DNA of 40,728 nt, from IMG/VR virus record IMGVR_UViG_3300034100_000027, positions 1 through 40,728 of that record, one strand, 5' to 3'. Below the pieces are notes generated by a model, which saw only the letters and a program-made list of their open reading frames with translations, was not told the origin of the DNA and searched no databases. The DNA comes from a virus. Lineage: Duplodnaviria > Caudoviricetes. This document shows positions 36,893 through 40,728 of this stretch, in pieces. Made by a program: the position numbers and the translations under genes. Numbering within the stretch: position 1 is the first letter of the stretch; every line of letters starts with the position of its first letter.

Positions 36893-38842
36893 CTACCAGT
36901 TCCTTCCAAAATTCGGGGGCTTCGGTGTTTTTCTGGGCGGCTCTGGGGTACGTTTCGTCGCGCCGATCGGCACCGCCACGGCCTGTGCAGACGTGTGCAC
37001 GGCGGGCGCGTCTTCGGGCTCCACCATGGCGGCGCGCCTGTCCCAGTCCCCCGCCTTCCACTTGTGGAGGTACAGCTCTGGGTGGTGGCTGGCGGCCAGG
37101 GCGAGGACCCAGGTGTCCAGGGCCTCGTTGCGCTTGCCTTTCTTGATCTCCCACCGGTTTTTGCGGGGGTTGAAGGTTTCGCTCACCAGCTGGTCGTAGT
37201 AGCCGCTGTCGAGCTGGTTGCTGAAGTGCACTTGCCGGTCTTCGGCGGGTTTTTCGGCGTCGCCGGTGAGGCGGTTGTAGAGCAGGTGCTTGGCGGTGTC
37301 GGCGCCGATGAGGTAGAGCATGACGCCGCGCTTTTGGGTGACGCCGCGCCAGTTGACGTCTTGCGCGCTGGGTTTGCCGAGGATGGCTTTGCCGGGGGTG
37401 CTGGCGCCTTTGCAGGCCAGGGCGCGGCGCACGCGGTTGCTGCGCACGAAGGCGTAGACGGCGTGGGTGTGGTGGCCGCCTGTGTCTATGGCGCAGGCTT
37501 CGCTGGTGAGTTCGCGGCCGTGGGCGTTGGCAAATCGGACGTTGTTGACGTAGTCTGCCAGGGAGCCCCACAGGGCGTCTTCGGCGGGGTTGCCGGGCAG
37601 GACGTGGTAGTCGAGCGTCCAGTTGCGGCCGCCCTTGCCGTGGCCGAGCACCTGCACTTCAAGGCGGTTGTCTTGCGTGTCCACACCGACGGTGATGACC
37701 AGGCAGCCGGCGGGTACGGTGCGCAGCTGGTAGGGCTCGGCGCGCGCTTCCAGGGCGTTGGCCTTGATGTCTTTGCTGCGGTCGGCCCAGGTCTCGCCCA
37801 TGCGGGTGTTCATGAAGCGCATGAGCTTGGCGGGGTCGTCCTGCGCGGTGATCCACTCAGCGGCCAGCTCGCGCCAGCTCAGGCCCAGGCCGATGGGTGA
37901 GTACAGGGCGTTGATGTGGTAGCTGGGGTGTGGGGCGTCTGGCGCCTCGGCCACCCAGCGGGCGCGGCCGCCGTGGCCCAGCTCGGCGAGCATGGCGGGC
38001 TTGTGGTGTTCGGCGATCTCGCCGCCGCATTCTTTGCAGACGTACCAGGCGTCCAGGATGCGGCGCGGGTTGTCGGGGTGTTTGCGCCACTTGAGGTTGC
38101 CCCACACCAGGTGCTGCAGCTCGCCGCAGTGGGGGCATGGCACGTGGTAGCGGCGGCGGTCGCCGGCCTCGAACAGCTCTTCGATCCGGCTGGCGTCTTT
38201 CATCGTGGGGCTGCTGGGCACGAAGAGCTTGTGGTCGTGGAAGGTGGTGAGGCGCACCTCCACGAGGCCCAGGGGGTCGCCCTGGGTGGTGGACCAGTCC
38301 CACTCGTCCACTTCGTCGGCCAGGGCGTAGCGCAGGCTGGAGCTTTTGAGCTCGGCGGTGCTGCCGGCGGTTTTGAAGTAGAGGATGCCGCCGGTGAACT
38401 TTTTGCGCTGGGCGTTGTTGTCTGAAGAGTTGTTGTTGCGCTTGGCCAGCACGGCGGCGACGGCTGGGGTTTCGGTGGCCATGGGGTCGAACTTTTGCGA
38501 CACCCAGTCGTTGAGCGACTTCTCGGTGGGCATGAGCACGGCGGCCGGGCCCTTGGCGTGGGCCATGATGTAGCCAAGCCAGTTGCTGCCTACCTCGGTG
38601 CCGCCCACCTGGCTGGACTTCATGAAGGGCACCAGCTTGGCGGGCGAGTGCTCGGACAGTTGGTCCATGATCTCGCGCAGGAAGGGTGTGCGCGAGGTGC
38701 GCCACGGCCCTGGCGCGGCGCTGCCCACCTCTGACAACATGCGGTTGGCGTCGGCCCATTCGGACACCGTCAACCGCTGCTTGGGCCGCCAGCCGCGCTC
38801 GAATGCGCGCAGGGCCAGGTGGTGGATGTGGGAGGCGCCCAT
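36893..38842 (-). CDS. terL: Terminase large subunit, GpA family
   Basis: LTVSEWAD, MKSSQVGGTE, ADEVD, SSPT, VPCPHCG, GVDTQDNRLE, RNEALD. Confidence 0.95.
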   Translation of the reverse strand: MGASHIHHLALRAFERGWRPKQRLTVSEWADANRMLSEVGSAAPGPWRTSRTPFLREIMDQLSEHSPAKLVPFMKSSQVGGTEVGSNWLGYIMAHAKGPAAVLMPTEKSLNDWVSQKFDPMATETPAVAAVLAKRNNNSSDNNAQRKKFTGGILYFKTAGSTAELKSSSLRYALADEVDEWDWSTTQGDPLGLVEVRLTTFHDHKLFVPSSPTMKDASRIEELFEAGDRRRYHVPCPHCGELQHLVWGNLKWRKHPDNPRRILDAWYVCKECGGEIAEHHKPAMLAELGHGGRARWVAEAPDAPHPSYHINALYSPIGLGLSWRELAAEWITAQDDPAKLMRFMNTRMGETWADRSKDIKANALEARAEPYQLRTVPAGCLVITVGVDTQDNRLEVQVLGHGKGGRNWTLDYHVLPGNPAEDALWGSLADYVNNVRFANAHGRELTSEACAIDTGGHHTHAVYAFVRSNRVRRALACKGASTPGKAILGKPSAQDVNWRGVTQKRGVMLYLIGADTAKHLLYNRLTGDAEKPAEDRQVHFSNQLDSGYYDQLVSETFNPRKNRWEIKKGKRNEALDTWVLALAASHHPELYLHKWKAGDWDRRAAMVEPEDAPAVHTSAQAVAVPIGATKRTPEPPRKTPKPPNFGRNW

Positions 38843-38860
38843 TTGTAAGCTTGCGAGGTT

Positions 38861-38879
38861 GGCTTATTTGGCGTTGGGC
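38861..38879 (+). mobile_element. attI-like simple site heading array B
   Basis: GGCTTAT-TTGGC-GTTGGGC; the R box is complementary to R'' of attC B1. Confidence 0.5.
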
Positions 38880-39148
38880 GCCATGATTCTGGCGTGGCTT
38901 AATGCCTCAATCTGATCGTCATTTAGATTCGCGGCGTGGTCGATCACGATCCCGCTAAATTCGCAAGCCCGGATATTTCTCCTATCCAGCCACGATGGTG
39001 GCTTTATTTCCAGATCATCGCGCCCGAGGCCAGCCGCCAGCATTTCCGGGTAGGCCAGATGCTGGTTCACCCAAACGTACACGGCGCACTCTGGCGCTGC
39101 CAGCATTTGTTTTGTGGTTCTTCCGGTTTGCCTGTCATCCATTTCCAT
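38864..39148 (-). CDS. Cassette-borne hypothetical protein
   Basis: 94 aa, GGAGAGG RBS; RQTGRTT..IVIDHA resembles a degenerate P-loop. Confidence 0.7.
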   Translation of the reverse strand: MEMDDRQTGRTTKQMLAAPECAVYVWVNQHLAYPEMLAAGLGRDDLEIKPPSWLDRRNIRACEFSGIVIDHAANLNDDQIEALSHARIMAPNAK

Positions 39149-39164
39149 TCCTCTCCGGGCCTGT

Positions 39165-39227
39165 GCCCAACCTTACGGTGCAGCCGAGCCGCCGCAAGCG
39201 GCGTCCTGCTGACCTTTTACGTTCGGC
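39165..39227 (+). mobile_element. attC-like site B1 (63 bp)
   Basis: GCCCAAC-cttac-GGTGCAGC..GCCGC-AA-GCGGC..GCTGACC-ttttac-GTTCGGC. Confidence 0.8.
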
Positions 39228-39466
39228 GTCTTCGTGAAATCGACAGCCTCGCCGTTAAGCATGTCCACGCGGCGCGGTGAGTAGTCATTGATGCCTGACT
39301 TCGAGACGATCCAGTGGCCATCCCACCCCGCAAAAGTGATCCAGCGCTTTGTGCCTGGGCACTTTGTCACGCGCAGCCGGTCTCCGGTTTTCAGCACCTT
39401 CTTGGCGTTCTCCTCGGCAATGAGGCGCAGCCTCCTGTTCTCTGCTCGCTGTTCTTCAGTCAACAT
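39173..39466 (-). CDS. Cassette-borne hypothetical protein
   Basis: GGAGACTGAAATG start; 97 aa. Confidence 0.7.
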   Translation of the reverse strand: MLTEEQRAENRRLRLIAEENAKKVLKTGDRLRVTKCPGTKRWITFAGWDGHWIVSKSGINDYSPRRVDMLNGEAVDFTKTPNVKGQQDAACGGSAAP

Positions 39467-39750
39467 TTCAGTCTCCATTGTTCTGGCCGGCAGCCGCCGA
39501 ACTCTACGTTCTGCCCTTGTGCCGTGCGGACAAACTCTGCCGCCTCCGCTGCGGGCACCCACCGGTCGCCGAGGAATTTCCGGTCTTTCACCGGCATCAC
39601 GCGCAGCTGCTCGTTTTTGTACGGGTGCCGCGCTGCCAAGGCCGCGAGATCGTCCGCAAACTCGAAGGCGTATTGCCGGCACCCCTTGCCAAAGCGGTAC
39701 ACCAGCGCCGCCAGTGGCGGAATGCCGGGTTGCTGTTTCTCCGTGTTCAT
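39460..39750 (-). CDS. Hypothetical protein
   Basis: ATGA-coupled to terS; AAGGGG RBS. Confidence 0.65.
   Translation of the reverse strand: MNTEKQQPGIPPLAALVYRFGKGCRQYAFEFADDLAALAARHPYKNEQLRVMPVKDRKFLGDRWVPAAEAAEFVRTAQGQNVEFGGCRPEQWRLKC
39496..39514 (+). mobile_element. Collapsed attC remnant B2
   Basis: GCCGAAC-TCTAC-GTTCTGC: R'' and R' present, L boxes and stem missing. Confidence 0.6.
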
Positions 39751-40298
39751 GATTCCCCTTTCGTCAACTCCGCCAGCCGCTTGCCGGCTTCTTTGTGGGT
39801 GTCGCCCATCATGGAGACGACTTCCTGCCGCAGGGTGGCCATGATCTGGTCGAAGTCTTTGCCGACGAGCTGCGCGGCCACGCGGTGGGGCAGGTTTTCT
39901 ACGCTCTGGCGGGCGAAGCTGACGACGTCATCGAGCGCCGCATGCACGTCGTCGCGGTCGATGAGCTTGCCGATGGTGCGCTCGTACTCGGCCTTGGCGG
40001 AGAGAGCTTTGTATTTCTCGTTGACGGCGCGCGCGGTCTGGTAGCTGTTTCCGATGGCGTCGGCACCGCCGGTATTGGCCTGGGTGCGTTGGCTGCCGGA
40101 GGCGCGCTCATCGGCGTGACGGCGCGCGACGTGGTCTTTCCCAGGGTCGGCTGTTTCAGCGATGCGGCGCTGGCTCGCCTCGACGTCCACCTTGCCGTCA
40201 GCGGTCATGACCAGGCGCCCCGCATCGCCCAGGCGGGTGACGTAGCTTTTGTGCTTGCCCAGGATGCGCGCGAATTCGGTTTTTGAGACGCTGGCCAT
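39747..40298 (-). CDS. terS: Terminase small subunit (Nu1-like)
   Basis: N-terminal wHTH SKTEFARILGKHKSYVT, then YQTARA..AEYERTIGKLIDR; upstream of terL. Confidence 0.8.
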   Translation of the reverse strand: MASVSKTEFARILGKHKSYVTRLGDAGRLVMTADGKVDVEASQRRIAETADPGKDHVARRHADERASGSQRTQANTGGADAIGNSYQTARAVNEKYKALSAKAEYERTIGKLIDRDDVHAALDDVVSFARQSVENLPHRVAAQLVGKDFDQIMATLRQEVVSMMGDTHKEAGKRLAELTKGES

Positions 40299-40305
40299 GG
40301 TCAGC

Positions 40306-40728
40306 TCACTGGGTCGAATGGAATGGCTGGCCGGTGGTGGCGTGCACGGCACGCTGGCCGGTGTAGTCTTGCCAGCGGCGGACGATGACGTCGACGTAGA
40401 TGGCCTGCATTTCCATCGTGTAGCAGACCCGCCCGCTCGCCTCGGCACCCATCAGCGTGGATCCGCTGCCGCCGAAGGGCTCGGCGCACAGGCCGCCCAC
40501 CGGCAAGCTGGAGCGCATGACGCGCTCCATCATGGCGACTGGCTTCGGTGTTGCGTGACTGTGGCGTTCGTCTCCATGAACTCTGTCAAATTTCCACACG
40601 TCACCCATGGAGTCGTGCGTGTTGTCGAAGTAGGACAGTGTGGCGTAGTGGTCACGCCGGATCGCATCGTGGTCACGCCGGATCGCATCGTGGTCACGCC
40701 GGATCGCATCGTGGTCACGCCGGATCGC
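40306..40728 (-). CDS. DNA methyltransferase, 3' part
   Basis: HATPKPV and EPFGGSGST (SAM-binding motif I); in frame with 1-1246 through the terminal overlap. Confidence 0.9.
   Translation of the reverse strand, partial: AIRRDHDAIRRDHDAIRRDHDAIRRDHYATLSYFDNTHDSMGDVWKFDRVHGDERHSHATPKPVAMMERVMRSSLPVGGLCAEPFGGSGSTLMGAEASGRVCYTMEMQAIYVDVIVRRWQDYTGQRAVHATTGQPFHSTQ
40599..40724. repeat. Terminal direct repeat (circular assembly overlap), copy 2
   Basis: Identical to 1-126. Confidence 0.95.

Overview
The window is an apparently complete, circularly assembled ~40.6 kb GC-rich temperate siphophage genome; the host is probably a betaproteobacterium (inference). Bases 1-126 repeat at 40599-40724. It is in the excised state: an intact attP carries a dusA-like core (LSVAPMLDWTD) between a PrtN-like excisionase gene and a tyrosine integrase. 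It has a cI/cro/cII switch with repeated operators, a primase-helicase followed by an iteron-rich origin, a ParB-DNA methyltransferase, lambda-type packaging/head genes, a Mor-like late activator with two identical binding sites, tail genes with a -1 frameshift, and a holin/endolysin/Rz/Rz1 lysis module. The most unusual feature is two integrase-less integron-like cassette arrays (15218-15839 and 38861-39514, the latter between terS and terL). They contain attC hairpins whose R'' boxes match the R' junction of their own cassette, and attI-like terminal sites. Their ORFs are inverted relative to attC polarity, and all six ORFs enter the sites in frame at the AAC (Asn) codon. All product calls come from motif recognition by eye, not database searches.
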